Shown here piece by piece: positions 12,401-27,701 of a stretch of 64,000 nt of DNA. Each line of letters starts with the position of its first letter. Within the stretch, counting starts at the first letter, position 1. The DNA is from Antedon mediterranea. Lineage: Eukaryota > Animalia > Echinodermata. A program made the translations under genes and the position numbers. The notes below the pieces were generated by a model. It did no database searches and was not told the origin of the DNA. It saw nothing but the letters and a program-made list of their open reading frames with translations. The stretch lies in contig NC_092676.1 in assembly GCF_964355755.1 (NCBI RefSeq), positions 24,508,871-24,572,870 on the forward strand, given 5' to 3'.

Positions 12401-15400
12401 TTAAATGTAGATTTAAAAAACAAATTATCTGTTATCGGAAACGATTAATATTTCAAAAAATCGGTCTAGAATACGTTAAAAATGTTTTTGATGATAGCAT
12501 AACAATCTCGTAAACAAATCGAGCAAATATATAATAAATAATTAATGAAGGTAGCAGAAAGCACCGTAATGGTATGTCTACTGTTATAATCCGTAAAGAT
12601 AAAAGCTATCGCTGGGCAGATCGAAATCGCAACAACAGGTGTCGTGACAAAGTAGGCGGATTTTTGTCCAAAACAGTGTGTGTCCCCTCCCTATTTCACA
12701 TATGAAAAGAATTGATATCGATCCGGGCTTATCAACGTTTATTATTATGGAATACCTGTTGTTTGTCGCATTCCAAACATACTCGATAGGATAATCGGAA
12801 ACTATGGATAGATAGTTTGCTATTGTTTCGCTCGAGTTGGGACCTCTTCATTGGTTATCCAGCTTATCGCTAGTATTAAAGTGATTTTCTAGGATAACGA
12901 AGTTTCACATGATACACGGTGTGCTGTGCGACGCGGACCATCTCTTTCGAATATAATCAGTTAAATGAAATTGCCAAATACAAGCAGTGGGTCTTAAATA
13001 CAAACCGTAACATTTGGAAACAAACAACGAACTCAAAGCAGCAAAAATAAGGTATGAACTATAATAATATGATACTAGTTTTTAAATTGAATACGATTTT
13101 TTACTAGCATTCAAATTCTCGCATTTAGTTGTCAAACAAAACAAAAGGTACATCAGGTTTAGTGTTTGTATTGATGTATCTTTTCTGAATTTTATGCCAA
13201 ACTTTTAATAATATGGCACGGCAACCCGGCTATACGGTCATCTTATAGATTCGATAAGGTATTGTACATTTATCGTTAAAGCCACACGCGCGCGCGGATG
13301 TTGAGAATACACTACAGCATCAAAAGTTGTTAACACCAAACGTTAATGACTAGACTGTCCATACTACTGTTTAGCAATAACTGATAACAAATCTGAAGTC
13401 TGGAAACATAATTTGGTACTATACATTGTTGGTAAAGCTTGGTTCCCACTAGAACGTAACGCAAGGACGTAAACGTAACGCAAGCGTTTTAACCAATGAC
13501 AAGCGAAGTTATAGACAGTTGGCAATCAAACCCGAATAAGCCATCGCTTGTGATTGGTAAATTCACTTGCGTTGCGTTACGTCCTTGCGTTGCGTCGCTA
13601 GTGGGAACCAATCTTAAGCTTAAGCTTGGTTCCCACTATAGGACGTAGCAAAGACGTAAAAGTAACGCAAGTAATTTGAAGTCTTTGCGTTACGTCCTAG
13701 CGTTACGTCCTAATGGGAACCCACGCTATATACACTGGCGGAAATGTTCATGTCTATCAGCTAGAATTAAGTCTCTTTTTCTTTTAAACATTTTTTTTAT
13801 CTAACTTGTCTCCATTGTGACACAGTGTACTTCTTTGACCAAACAATTCCTAAGGGCCCTAAACTCAAGCAAGCAACCGTAAAACATCCAAATATTTAGG
13901 AGGTTTTAAATCATCGATAACCGAAATCGATTACTACGTCCTAAAGTGTTTCAGTGGTATGTCATTCCATTAATATTCGCAAAAATGTGAGAAAAGCTTG
14001 TCGTATTGTATTACAACTTATTCGATTTAATTGATTTGAAACCATCGGAAAATTGATGCACAAAGTTGTTAACAGTCATAGTGAGAAACTAGTACGCACA
14101 ACAGTGTACGCGCTAAAGCGATAGGTATGGACGTGGACTTTACTTTTGCTGGATGTCAAGGAGTAGGTCTCTTTAGCTTGATCATTGGTCAAACAATAAT
14201 GTTCGCGCGAATGAGAAGTACGTAAAATCGAAAGGTTCTACTGTCCGCAACATTGTTGTCAGAATTTTTCATTTCATTTTCATCAGTAACTCTACACTAT
14301 ATTTTGTGAATGTCATATCTCTAGACCGCTCTACAATGGTTCACACAGTTTAGTATAGGCCTACTAATAACTGTTTTTATATTCTATATCTTTTAGGTCA
14401 GCTGCGCTACATTTGTCAGTTTTGTTCCAAGTCATTTCATCATCCAAATACGCTTAAAGCGCACATACGGTTTAACTGTGGCAGTGACTCTTTGAAAGCA
14501 ACCACCATGCGTCTCTCCTTATGTCAGCCTGTCTCCTGTTCTAAGAACTCATTTGACTTAGGTTTTCCATTAGGATGGTCAACCAAAACAAGCCACTATT
14601 TGAATCCTATGTTTGATATTTCTTTGCTGAGGTCTCTGGCGCATCATACGATGACACACAATGAATCACCATCGCGTGGCTTTCGTGCGTTTCAACCTGT
14701 AAGAAAATGCGAGGAAAACCACCGAGGATTGAAGGTAAAAACAAACAAAGCAAAAGATCAGATCGATAAAATATCTGGAAAACAATTCTCGCCGCTTGAA
14801 TTAGAAACGAACAATTCTCCTATAGTGCCTTCAGGATTCGATCTTCCATCTCGGCTACATTCTCGATTAATCAACCCATCGTTCAATTTATCGCCTGCAT
14901 CTCTCGGCGCAGTTCCATTTCATCATCTCAACGCTCCTCCTCCATGCGTTTTGTACGGTTGTGCCTGCTGCACTCATAATCATATCGATATCCCACCGGC
15001 AGTTGAGTCACATCACAGGCATCCACTTGATTTTTCATTTCGAGGAGGAAGTGATCATAGATCAATGCCATCTAGCGCTGGTGTTATCCGACATTGGCCG
15101 TTTCATACCCTACCCACATATCCGACAGACAATTGTTCAGGCCCTAGTAATTCAAAACTCACAAAACACCAAAAGCCTCCTCAAGAACCACAACTGTTCT
15201 TGCAGAATACGTCTCCACAAGCCTCAAAAAGTAAAAGAGGACATTTGTGTATCTATTGTGGAAAGTTTTACTCTCGAAAATATGGACTTAAGATTCATCT
15301 AAGAACACATACAGGTTACAAGCCGTTAAAGTGTAAAGTCTGCCTGCGTCCGTTTGGAGATCCAAGTAACCTCAACAAACACATCCGTCTGCACGCGGAG

Positions 15401-15661
15401 GGAGAAACGCCGTATAGATGCGAGTTCTGCGGCAAGGTGTTGGTGCGTAGACGTGACTTAGAACGGCATATTAAGTCTCGTCATCCGACGAAAGCGGACA
15501 CGACGTCATCACAGAATAAAGATGATGATGAACTCATTAATGTTGATGATATTAGCTCGTCGAGTTTGATGTGCGATAGTGATTCTGAAGATGAACCAAT
15601 GATATCAAAAGAATCACCCGAGTCAAACACATCCCACGAATCTTGCGAAACGACATCATAA
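9406..15661 (+). CDS. PRDM13: PR/SET domain zinc finger protein 13 (~587 aa, 3 coding exons)
   Basis: Exons 9406-9651, 11197-11449, 14397-15661, all GT-AG with consistent phases. PR domain (WMRFISAARNDDEQN...IGEELLVWY), ZF1 YICQFCSKSFHHPNTLKAHIRFNC, and C-terminal fingers GHLCIYCGKFYSRKYGLKIHLRTHTGYKPLKCKVCLRPFGDPSNLNKHIRLH...CEFCGKVLVRRRDLERHIKSRHP, near-identical to vertebrate PRDM13. Start codon less certain. Confidence 0.93.
11634..12235 (+). mobile_element. Possible Helentron/HINE-like insertion in PRDM13 intron 2
   Basis: T-rich start, sub-terminal inverted motif ACGCTGCT (11639) / AGCAGCGT (~12204), and a (CTA)n microsatellite near the 5' end. Flanked by a ~42-bp direct repeat AAATTAAATCGTTC.TCAATGAA.ATCATTTCGAATTATATTTA (~11590 and ~12282). 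Confidence 0.4.
13436..13727. mobile_element. MITE family B, two adjacent copies (13436-13614 and 13623-13727)
   Basis: TIR AGCTTGGTTCCCACTA with CGTAACGCAA sub-repeats and near-complete hairpins. The first copy is flanked by TAA...TAA. Confidence 0.85.
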
Positions 15662-16030
15662 TGGATGGCAACGTCAAAATAGCATATACTGTATAAAGTT
15701 TTATTATCGTTTTAAACAGGCAGGCAACAATGTTTTTGAGGTTTGTAGCTTAATGAAACCAACATTGTAAATTTTATAAGCAAATAAACACACAATCGAA
15801 AATGTTTTGTTATTTTGTATTGTTCTAAAGCTCTGTTTACACTATCATTATCAAACTAGTGTGATGTGGTCAAATATGGAAATGATATGTCTTTGTGTCT
15901 ATATATATTTTTTGTCACATAAAGTTTGATAGTGTAGGCAGAGAGCTCATAAATCGAGCTAGGGTCTTTAAAAAAAAAAGCGGCCTTAGAGTTGTCCACA
16001 ACCCAACTTCTGTAAATACAGGTGATTTAA

Positions 16031-16584
16031 AGATGTATTGTCCCTTGAAACACAAAAAAATGAAGGTCAAAATATACTAAATTTTAATTGGCCATATCAA
16101 AGTAATATTTAAGTTATTCACTTTAAGTCGAAAATTCGAGCCAAAAACAACACTTTTAATTAATTGTAATTAACAGCTAAATTAATTTGATTACATTTCG
16201 TCTGGAAAATAGTCGCGAGCGAAAGTAAACAAAGATTTCAAACCATGAGTATACATTATGCATGATGCTAATTAGGATTGTTTACAACTCGTCACGGTTG
16301 AGAGAGGGTGTTTCACACAGATCGCGAGGAAGTTTTATGATAATGCATACAGAGTAGCCAAATAAGCGCATTGCATTATAAGATATGTTTTGATCGAAAA
16401 CTTTGACTGGAAGTCAAAGTTATTTTTTGAACCAAAAAACGTCTGTATTTCAGTTAAATTATTTTTTTTTCGAATAATTTTTGGTGAAAGTTAATAACTA
16501 TCATAATACTTCAAAATGACCCACTTTTTTTCGAAATCTTTTTATTTTTATTTTTTGGAAATTTTACAAAGGGACAATACATCT
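16031..16584. mobile_element. TTAA-targeting non-autonomous DNA transposon (Kolobok-like); related copies at ~6400-6695, 42502-42798 and 58080-58424
   Basis: TTAA|AGATGTATTGTCCC...GGGACAATACATCT|TTAA. AG..CT termini with a TTAA duplication fit Kolobok better than piggyBac (CC..GG). Confidence 0.8.
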
Positions 16585-16983
16585 TTAAAATAGCATAGCA
16601 CAACTGACCCTTTATAATTATACACAATCCGAAATTTTTCTCCAGTTTACAAAAAAACCTCGATTGACAACAAAAACTAACATACAAAATCAATTGAAAA
16701 CAGAACATCTAATTGACAACAAAACGTTTTATTTTTTACATTTTACATTCAGAGATGATTTTAATACACAAACTATAATTTATATTTATACAATTACATT
16801 TTATATAAACTGTATTCACAAAAATAATCCAAATATGTTCTATATTATTTATACATACTACGTACAGATTCTCATTAAATTGTTCGCCAAATCAGTTTCC
16901 TTAAATGGCACCTAATGTTAAATGTAAGAGGTAATATTATTTTAAACAGATGGAAGGAGGTCTATTTATGTGAAATTGCTTAT

Positions 16984-19900
16984 TTATTCGTCATCATCTG
17001 GTTCCCCTCCTCCTTCTTCTCCTTCCCCTTCCACTGGTCCTCCTGTGTCTGCTACTGCTTCTGGTTGACTCTCTGCTGCTGGCTCAGCTTGATCAACCCC
17101 CTGATAGAAAAGACAAATGTTGCAAAAAGAATTAATAATTTATTATAAAATAAATATAAAATGGTTTGATTAAATGTGCCTGTAGTGTAACTGCTCAGAT
17201 CAAACCTGAGCGCCGCCTTTTTATATGGCCTGGCTTGCTACCTAGCCTACTACATGGCCTGGCTTGCTACCTAGCCTACTACATGGCCTGGCTTGCTACC
17301 TGGCCTTCGATATATGGAAATAGGTGTGTTTAAATGTTTAATCCACAATATAAAACAAATTTAATTTTCGTATTATGAGTTCCTAATCAAAACAATGAGC
17401 GTTGTTTTTTTTCGAAATATCTAGGCTTACTATTTCGGCCCATATTTTTTCTTTATTCTTTCTTTATATCAAACCAACAGTGTAAAACACCAATAACAGG
17501 TTGAAAATAAAAGCTAAACTATAAAATATGAGCCTATAAATATATACAAATGAAAAAGAAAATTTAAATAATTTCATTTACTAGTTTATAACATTCCAAA
17601 AATATTTTCAATTCTTTTATTTGGATTTTTTTAAATGCACATACCTCAACTGCATCTGAATTTAATTCTTGATCTAGCAATGCTTGTGCTGCCTGTGCTA
17701 TTCTCTCTGCGTCTCTTTGAGATTCTTCGAGTTTAAAGTATGCTGCTGCCCTTGCTTTTACAACATCTCTTATAATTGCTATAAAAAAGATAAACATTCA
17801 ATCAGTGAATTATATCTGAAGAGGTTGCTAATGCTAGTGCCAAGTATACCACTCGGCAGATCAAAAGAGTAAAAAAAAACTCCAAAAAAATGTTTCTACT
17901 AGTTTGACATAAGTGATGTGCCCAAATATGGTAGAGATATCCCAAGTATGGTAATGATATGACATCATCATGTCCATATATGGGAACATCACCTTTTTTT
18001 TTGTCACATAAAGTTTGACAGTGTAGACAGAGCTTTATAAAGCAAGTACACTTACCATCTAACATGGTACGTCCTAAAATAGATTTATCAATCTGCTTCT
18101 CAACTTGCTCCATAATCCATGGCATAAATCCGTTCTCAACATCCCTCTCAACTGGATCATAAAAGAAGCCATTGTCACTAAGTGTACCAAATACAGAGGG
18201 CACTAAATCAGCAAGGTAACTCTGTGCAAACGCTCTTGCAGCAATCTTGTCTGCGGTTTCACGCTCTTTCTTAAGAACTTCTCGTTGTTGCTTCATTCTC
18301 CTCTCCTAATAAATAAAAAATAATTTTATAAATGATTATTGCATTAATATATTAATATCTGTCTTTCATTAGTTAGTTGGCAGAAAGCAACATTTAACAG
18401 AGTAATTGATTTAAAAAAAGCTTTGGTTATATTGATTGTTTATGGAGATTGAAGTTTATGTTATGTAAAGCTCTGTGTACGCTATCAAACTAAAAAGTGT
18501 GATGTGCCCAAATATGGTAGTGATATGCTTAAATATGGTAGTGATATGACATCATCAGAGAGAGAGAGAGAGAGAGCTTTAAAGTCACTATTATAAGCAA
18601 CCAAGTCATCATGGCCATCCTGAATATGATGTACAGGGGTGGATAAAAGAGGTTATTATTAACTACTGTACTTTTTGATAAATCCTGGATCCGCCCTCCT
18701 TGAAATATAATGAGAATAAAATGCTTCATCAACAACGTTTAAGAAAAAAAAAAATGTAGACTTACTTTCTCTTCTCTGTGTCGTCTCTCTTGCTCCTCAA
18801 GACGCTGTGTTTCTACAACCTCTGCATTACGCAACTCCTCAAATGCTCTCTGTTGAGCTCTGAGGTTAGCAAGCTCTTCCTCTTCCATAACTTCTAGTAA
18901 AGCCTGTTCGACAGTCTTTCCAACTAGCACCTCCAAGATGGGCTTAACTTCTAAATCAAAGTCAAACAACTGAAAAAAGAATATAAAACATAACTTATAG
19001 TTTATGGTTCAGAAATTGTTTAATAAACACATTTAAAGGTGTCATAAAGAATGTAAATGTAATGTATGATTTTACATTTAAAGCTATGTTTACACTATCA
19101 AACTTTATGTGATGTGGCCATATGGACATGATGATGTCATATCACTACTATATTTAAGAATATCACTACCGTATTTGGGCATACCACACTTTTTGTCAAA
19201 TAGTTTGATAGTGTAAACAGATCTTTAACTTACATCTCCATCGTATATTTGTGTAGCAATATCTCTTCCAGTCTTGGCGGGTATGAAAAGTGGGGTAGGA
19301 GGTCGATCAAGGAAGGCGTCAGTTTGGCAGTCAACGTCTGCCTCCTCAACACGGTCACTCAATTCTTCGAGATATAGCTCTGTCTGAACGTCAATATGTT
19401 TACGGCCTTCTATTGGTTCTGGAGATCGTGTCTTTAACTGATCTCTTGCTCGTTTTCGAGCCACATTTCTCCTCCTAATTTCCTGTTGTCGTTGTATTTC
19501 AATTGGATCAGGTTGTGCTGTCTAGATAAGAATAGGACACTATCATCAATACAAAAACATTCCTAATTCAATATGAATTTATCTACTCATTAAGCTCTGT
19601 CTACACTATCAAATGTTATGTGACAAAAAAATGAGATGTACCCTTATATGTATATTATGATGTCATATCATTCACTACCATATCTGGGCACATCACACTT
19701 GTGTGTTCAGGCTAGTTTGATAGTCTAGACAGAGTGCAACACCTGAATGGATTCCTAAATAATAAAGTAGGTATACAGTTAACTAGATAGTTTTGGAAAA
19801 GTTGGTTAAGATTTCATGTGGTGAACCTTGGATGAATATGACTAGGCCCTAATTACTGAATGGTGTAAATGTATTTTAGTGTCTTACTGCTGGCAATGTA

Positions 19901-20532
19901 TGTTGGGCATATGTGTTTCCTCTGACAATTCTTCTGTCGTACATAATATTTCCGTACAATCCATCTCTATATAAAACAAGAAAACAAACATAAAATACTA
20001 ATACAGTATTATTATTTATAATTTAATAAGGTTACTCTACCTACAGTCAGTAATCAGTAGTACTCTAGACCTCCTGCGTACAGTACAGCTTCTCTACACC
20101 TATGCTCCGGTCAATCTCTATCTACATACAGATAACTAGGCCTCCTTTCTACTCCCTATTTTTATATAGTACTTAGATAAGCCTACTACCTACTAGGTTA
20201 GATAGAATATTATAAGACATTCAGCAGGATTGGACTCAAACTTTTCAGTTAACCTGCTATAATATTTAGGCTAGTTAGGTAGTAGGTATATTGTGCAAAA
20301 GAGATAAAAAATTATCAAAAATTTCTATTTAAACTAATCACCATAAGCCTATAGTATGGAAGTTAGACTAGGGGCCTAGGAATTACAATCTTCATAATCA
20401 ATCTCCTTACCCAATGTTTTGATCTGCTGCAGCTGCAGCAGGTTCTCTGTATTTTTTCCGCTGTTGCGGCACCGATCGTGGTTGACTGGCAAACGTGTAC
20501 GTTCCACTTTTCTGAGGTAATACAGTCGTCAT
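16984..20532 (-). CDS. RSPH3: Radial spoke head protein 3 (~397 aa, 7 coding exons)
   Basis: Exons 20532-20411, 19966-19888, 19521-19234, 18969-18766, 18305-18056, 17778-17645, 17100-16984, phases consistent. Motifs YGNIMYDRRIVRGNTYA, GRKHIDVQTELYLEEL, QTDAFLDRPPTPLFIPAKTG and LFDFDLEVKPILEVLVGKTVEQALLEVMEEEEL. Confidence 0.96.
17225..17306. repeat. 29-bp tandem repeat, ~3 copies, in the last RSPH3 intron
   Basis: ATGGCCTGGCTTGCTACCTAGCCTACTAC at 17225, 17254 and 17283 (partial). Confidence 0.9.
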
Positions 20533-20915
20533 TTTTACCTCTTCTTTATTAATGTTAATAAATAGATTTTATCTTAAATATATTCAGTCAATGTCAAACA
20601 ACTAATGTATACAAAAACGTTTATTTTTTACAAAAGAATCTACAACTCACGTCCTCCATCTACGAAGAAAAATGGCCGAATGAACCGAATTACTTTGTTG
20701 TTGATACGGTAAACAAATAATTTATTTGAAAAATTTAAATTAATATACATTCAATTTGCGTTATGTTTATTCAATTAAAAAACATTTATATTATATTATT
20801 TAAATTGTCATCATCTAGAATGGCGTTTACTCGAAATTTAAAATTGATATTAAAAACAGTAAAGTAGTTCCTGTGTATGAATTCATAATAACAGTAATTA
20901 AGCATAAATAATTCG

Positions 20916-20929
20916 GTATCCATGGATAC
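20916..20929. promoter_or_regulatory. Candidate RFX X-box upstream of RSPH3
   Basis: Perfect 14-bp palindrome GTATCCATGGATAC ~390 bp upstream of the RSPH3 ATG. Ciliary genes are typically RFX targets. Confidence 0.45.
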
Positions 20930-21340
20930 AGTTCGCGGTTTAGAGGGGGCGCTACAAATAATTAGCTATACTGTCCTCTAGCGGTTGGTGATCTTCAGCT
21001 TTTCTCCGATCCTGTTCACACGTGACACACAACACAAGTTAATTCCCCTTTTTCGCAGACACTAGTTATTAAGTCTACGTAACATCGGAATTCAAATTTC
21101 AAACAAAACAAGTTTAAGATTTCACGATTAAAAATACAGCTTTCAAGAAATAATAAGTATGCTTGTTTTTTGTGTCTTGAAATGAATCAATAGAGCGACT
21201 TTGTATTCATTATGATTCTGATTAAACTTATTATTGAAATTTCACTTGAAAATAACAATAAAAAAAAAAAATTATACTCAAGTAGGCCTAAGTATCTATT
21301 AAAATTAATTAGCTGCAGCTGAGAGAGAGGCACACAGCAC

Positions 21341-21600
21341 AGGTGGCTAACTGGTGTGTGTGGTCCATGTTGTGGGCTGAATTGGCCGTGAAAGACCATG
21401 CCATGGTTTCCTTTGGTCCACGGTTCGAATCCCATCGCCGCTTGCGGGTTGGAATACATCGTACCACACCGTCTTTCGGATGAGACGTTAAGCCGTTGGG
21501 CATGTATGCACAATAAGAACGCAGATACGTACACACTCTTCGAAGGGTAGGGGATCGTCTCCCGGCGACTGCCAAATTCACTAGAATAACCTCACCACCA
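21341..21600 (+). mobile_element. tRNA-derived SINE with a Deu/Nin-like central domain
   Basis: A-box GGTGGCTAACTGGT and B-box GGTTCGAATCCC (21422), then CCGTCTTTCGGATGAGACGTTAAGCCG...CTCTTCGAAGGGTAGGGG...TCTCCCGG, resembling the Deu/Nin SINE domain as I recall it. Confidence 0.75.
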
Positions 21601-21672
21601 GAAACAAGAGTGGGCTATGTGTGTGTGTAACACCAAAAATAACAACAGCAATTTAATAAAAAATCATTACCA

Positions 21673-21778
21673 TCATAATTGTTTGAAGGTTTGCATGGCG
21701 AAATCTATTTGAAAGTTTGCGGTACATCACGTATATTAGTTCTGAAAAGAACTGGGAGTTTCTCGACGTTTCGATCAA
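21673..21778 (-). mobile_element. Solo Penelope-type pLTR fragment (same family as 43937-44195)
   Basis: TTGTTTGAAGGTTTGCATGGCGAAATCT...TTTGCGGTACA...TAGTTCTGAAAAGA matches 43946-44030. The minus strand begins with a hammerhead 3' half, TTGATC-GAAA-CG-TC-GAG. Confidence 0.7.
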
Positions 21779-22272
21779 AAATGTGCTTATTAATACTGTA
21801 CTGTAGTCGCGGTTAGTCATGATTAAAGTGCCGCATTGTCATTTTAAAAACAAATTATAGATTCAGTGATTTAATCAGGGCAGGTATGTTGTCCATTCAT
21901 TGCAAAAACGCATGATTAATCATAAATCATAGTAAGAGTACTAATAGAAACGGATTTACGATACGTCCACACGAAAATATCCAACAGAAATAGTTTCGAT
22001 TACGTAATTCGTTGATTTTGTGACGTCAAAAAGCCAGTGGGATGACGTTCTTTTCTCTACTTTTCCCGTAAGAGGGCGTTTTTCTGTGAAATTTTGACAC
22101 AAAAAACACTCACAACAGCACGACGGAGTGAATAATCAGTAGTTTAATTTGATTGTTTTACGTCAAAAACAAAATTGTTTATGCTGTAAATTCATTTTAG
22201 TTATTCTTGTGTTTTCCCAAGGCATTAACTTAAAAATAGCAAGTGCAAAATTCTGTATTTTTGCGAGAAACA

Positions 22273-24583
<2,311 letters not shown>

Positions 24584-26629
24584 AAATTAATTTCACGGGC
24601 ACGATAATTTGATGCAAGTTTTCAAACTTAAGGAGTATGACAATAATATCTTGGATAACAAATGTATTGGTTCTTCCATAGTTTTTGAGCTACTGAAGGG
24701 GAGCTGGGTGCTGCTATATTGTTTGTCATGAATTTAACATTGGTGTTTCTTCAGATACAGGCTGGAATTTCCGAATTCTTAATGTGATCTGGTTACTATA
24801 AACGGCGTCATCAAAATTCAGATTCTATTTTTCTTCTGAACCAAATCAATATTTTCCTTTGTACAATTATTTCACTGTTCCATTTAAATATTCACTTCTA
24901 CAGTATATTAGTCCTTAATTTAAGCAATTGTATTTTGTCATGGTATGAGGTTGTGGCTTTTTTTCTCATTAGAATACCATGTTGGCTGATTTAAAGTTTT
25001 TACAAAGATTTTTTTTACAAGATTAATGCTGCTTTCTTATGTATACAGTAGTGCTTTTCTTTTGTACAAAATTTTTAATCTCTAGACAATCGTTTTTTAT
25101 TTATTTGGTATAGTTTGTTGTTTAGGACACTAAATGCAACTAGAATTGTATTGAATACTTTATCTTCATTAGGTCTTTTTTGTTATTAATAATTGTATTT
25201 AATGTAATTTAATTGTAAATTGAATTTTACCTTTGAATAGGTACTGTATTTAAATATAGATTTGAACTAAATGCTGCCCACAACTACAGTAAATAAATAT
25301 CCAGGACATTTTTTAAATTTAAAGCATATTTAAACGAATAAAAAATCATTATATTATATACAAATAATTATGCTGTGCATTGATTGAAATGCATCATATT
25401 ACCATTTCAATTGTTCAAAAAATACATTTTATGATATTTAGACCTAGAGTAGTAACAATAATATACAGTACAAAAATATAATGTAAATAAATAGACTGCA
25501 GGAGACTAGGCCTATTTTTAGCCATAGGTTTAATGTATCACAGTATGATTTTTGTTTTACAAGCAAACCTTGTATTATGAACCTGCAGTAAGTATGTAAC
25601 ATTTTGTATTTAATTGATTGCACTGAACAACTAAACAAAAATGGCGTGTGGAACATGTCTACCATACCAACAAAGACCACATTGCCAATTTTTATTTCAC
25701 CTAATAACTAAACTACTGTATTGTCTTTAACTGGAGGAACATTTGGGAACTTGATTTAATAAGAGAATAAAGTAAAAACTACTTTCTTTACTCTGTATAG
25801 ACATTTACTACACAAGCACAAATAAATAAGCTGTACCATAGACCATATAATTGTAAAATGTGTTGTTTTGATCTTGTTTGCTCATACACATATGTAGAAA
25901 TGTTTGTAGTTTAATTAATAAATATCTGTATAAAACTATATAAACATCACATAAAATATGCGAGTTTGAGATCTTGGACCTCTTTATAAAAATGCTCTCT
26001 CACCTCCACCACCACACAGTTCTTTATTTTTCACTATAACATTACATAGGTCTAGGCCCATCTACCCATCATGTGTATGTACTTCTTTCTTTTAGATAAA
26101 TATTATATTTCAAGCATGTAAAATTGGTGAACATAAAAACAAATGCCTGGCTGTACAAACTTGGGCCATGTCTAATAATAGACCGGCAGCCCAGAGACAT
26201 TTGGTTAGATGAGCTAGGTACCAATATCTGACTATTTGAGTGTGTTGGGGGTCACTTGAAGTGAATGAAAATGGGAGTCTGCCGGGTACCCCCTGCTGCG
26301 TCTAGACCGGGGGGACCCCGAAACGTGCTAAAAAATCGGCACAGGTTAGATGAGAGAGATACCACCTAATTTTACCACCATGGGATGCCCATTGGCATCC
26401 TTATAACAGTATCACAAACGACAGACTTTTTCTCTGCTGCAAAAGGCCCGCCAGACCCCCCGAGGGAGGGCCTAAAATGGGGTTAGCATAGATGAGTGAG
26501 GTACCACTCAAAATCAATTCCAAACGAACAAGTTGTGTTCATACAATACTAAATGGATAACAACAGACTAATTGTCTGCTGCACCGCAAGTGCCAGACAC
26601 CCTAAAGTTAGGCCCCCTTCCCCCAACTA

Positions 26630-27130
26630 ACCCAGCTTAGATATTGTAGATACCACCAGCAACCAATGTTATATGATTTAGCACATTGTAAGCAATACCA
26701 AATGACCTATTACAGACTATCTGAACACTGCCCTGGCCCTGGCAGACCCCTCTAAAGTTAGACTAGAAACCCTCTTTCCCCAACTAGCCCAGCTTAGATA
26801 TTGTAGATACCACCAGCAACCAATGTTATGATTTAGCACATTGTAAGCAATCACCAAATGACCTATTACAAACTATCTGTACACTGCCTTGACCCTGGCA
26901 GACCCCTCTAAAGTTCGACTAGAGACTCCATTCCCCCAACTGGCCTAGCTTAGATATTGTTGATACCACCAGCAACCAATGTTATAATTATGATTTAGCA
27001 CATTGTAAGCAATACAAAATGACCTATAACAGACTATCTGTACACTGCCTTGGCACTGGCAGACCCCTCTAAAGTTCCCCCATTTACCCCAAGTATATAG
27101 CCTACCTTAGATATTGTAGATACCACCAGC
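26630..27130 (+). repeat. ~157-bp tandem sub-repeats in the left arm (mirrored at ~30650-31145)
   Basis: CTTAGATATTGT(A/T)GATACCACCAGCA recurs with its TAGAT at 26638, 26795, 26951 and 27108. Confidence 0.92.
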
Positions 27131-27664
27131 AGCAAAAAAATAACCACCCAAAACAACATGTTTAATTGAATAAAGTTTAACTTTAATCGAACTAACACAA
27201 AACAATTGAAAATATATCAATGACGATAAAATGACCATTACCATTCTAAAGGGGAAAATAGTTTAAGAGTTTCAATTAAAACTTATATAATTATAAGCCA
27301 AATATATATAACAAGTATGGATTCGGGTAAATTTAGCATTCCTTGCCTTTGGATGTCAAAGATACATCCGTCTGTAACTCTTGGACATATTTTGAGAGAA
27401 AGCTTAGTAATCACCCTAATCAAATTCAGGATGGTAGTAACTTAATCTAAAGTGATTTGATTAATTAATAGTGGGTAATTTTAAATGCTGTATATTATAA
27501 TCTTAATCCTGTATTCATATGTATATATATATATTTATAAATCCAAAGGCAAATTACTGAAAAAATGACAATGCTGTGGGTATCAGTGGCTGGATCTCAA
27601 TGGAGATACAAAAAAAAAGCGAAAAGCTAAATCAAAACGATAAAGTAAACAGCCAGAAAAGTTA

Positions 27665-27701
27665 GCAGAGCTTTCGCGCAACACTAGCCCTTCATCAGTG
27701 C
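27665..27701 (-). ncRNA. Minimal type I hammerhead ribozyme motif (Penelope-type), left arm
   Basis: Minus strand reads GCA-CUGAUGA-A-GGGC-UAGUGUU-GCGC-GAAA-GCU-C-UGC. Core boxes intact, stem I GCA/UGC, one mismatch in stem II, palindromic AGCU in place of helix III. Confidence 0.75.

Noticed and set aside
14961-15302. 113-aa alternative-frame ORF within PRDM13 exon 3
   Set aside because: Shadow frame with a non-ATG start and no recognisable features.
21341-21440. Functional tRNA gene (also considered at 39591 and 46629)
   Set aside because: A and B boxes are present, but I could not fold a convincing cloverleaf, and each continues into a repeat body.
26630-27130. Regularly spaced repeats as a CRISPR-like array
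   Set aside because: The intervening sequences are homologous to each other, so these are tandem sub-repeats rather than unique spacers.
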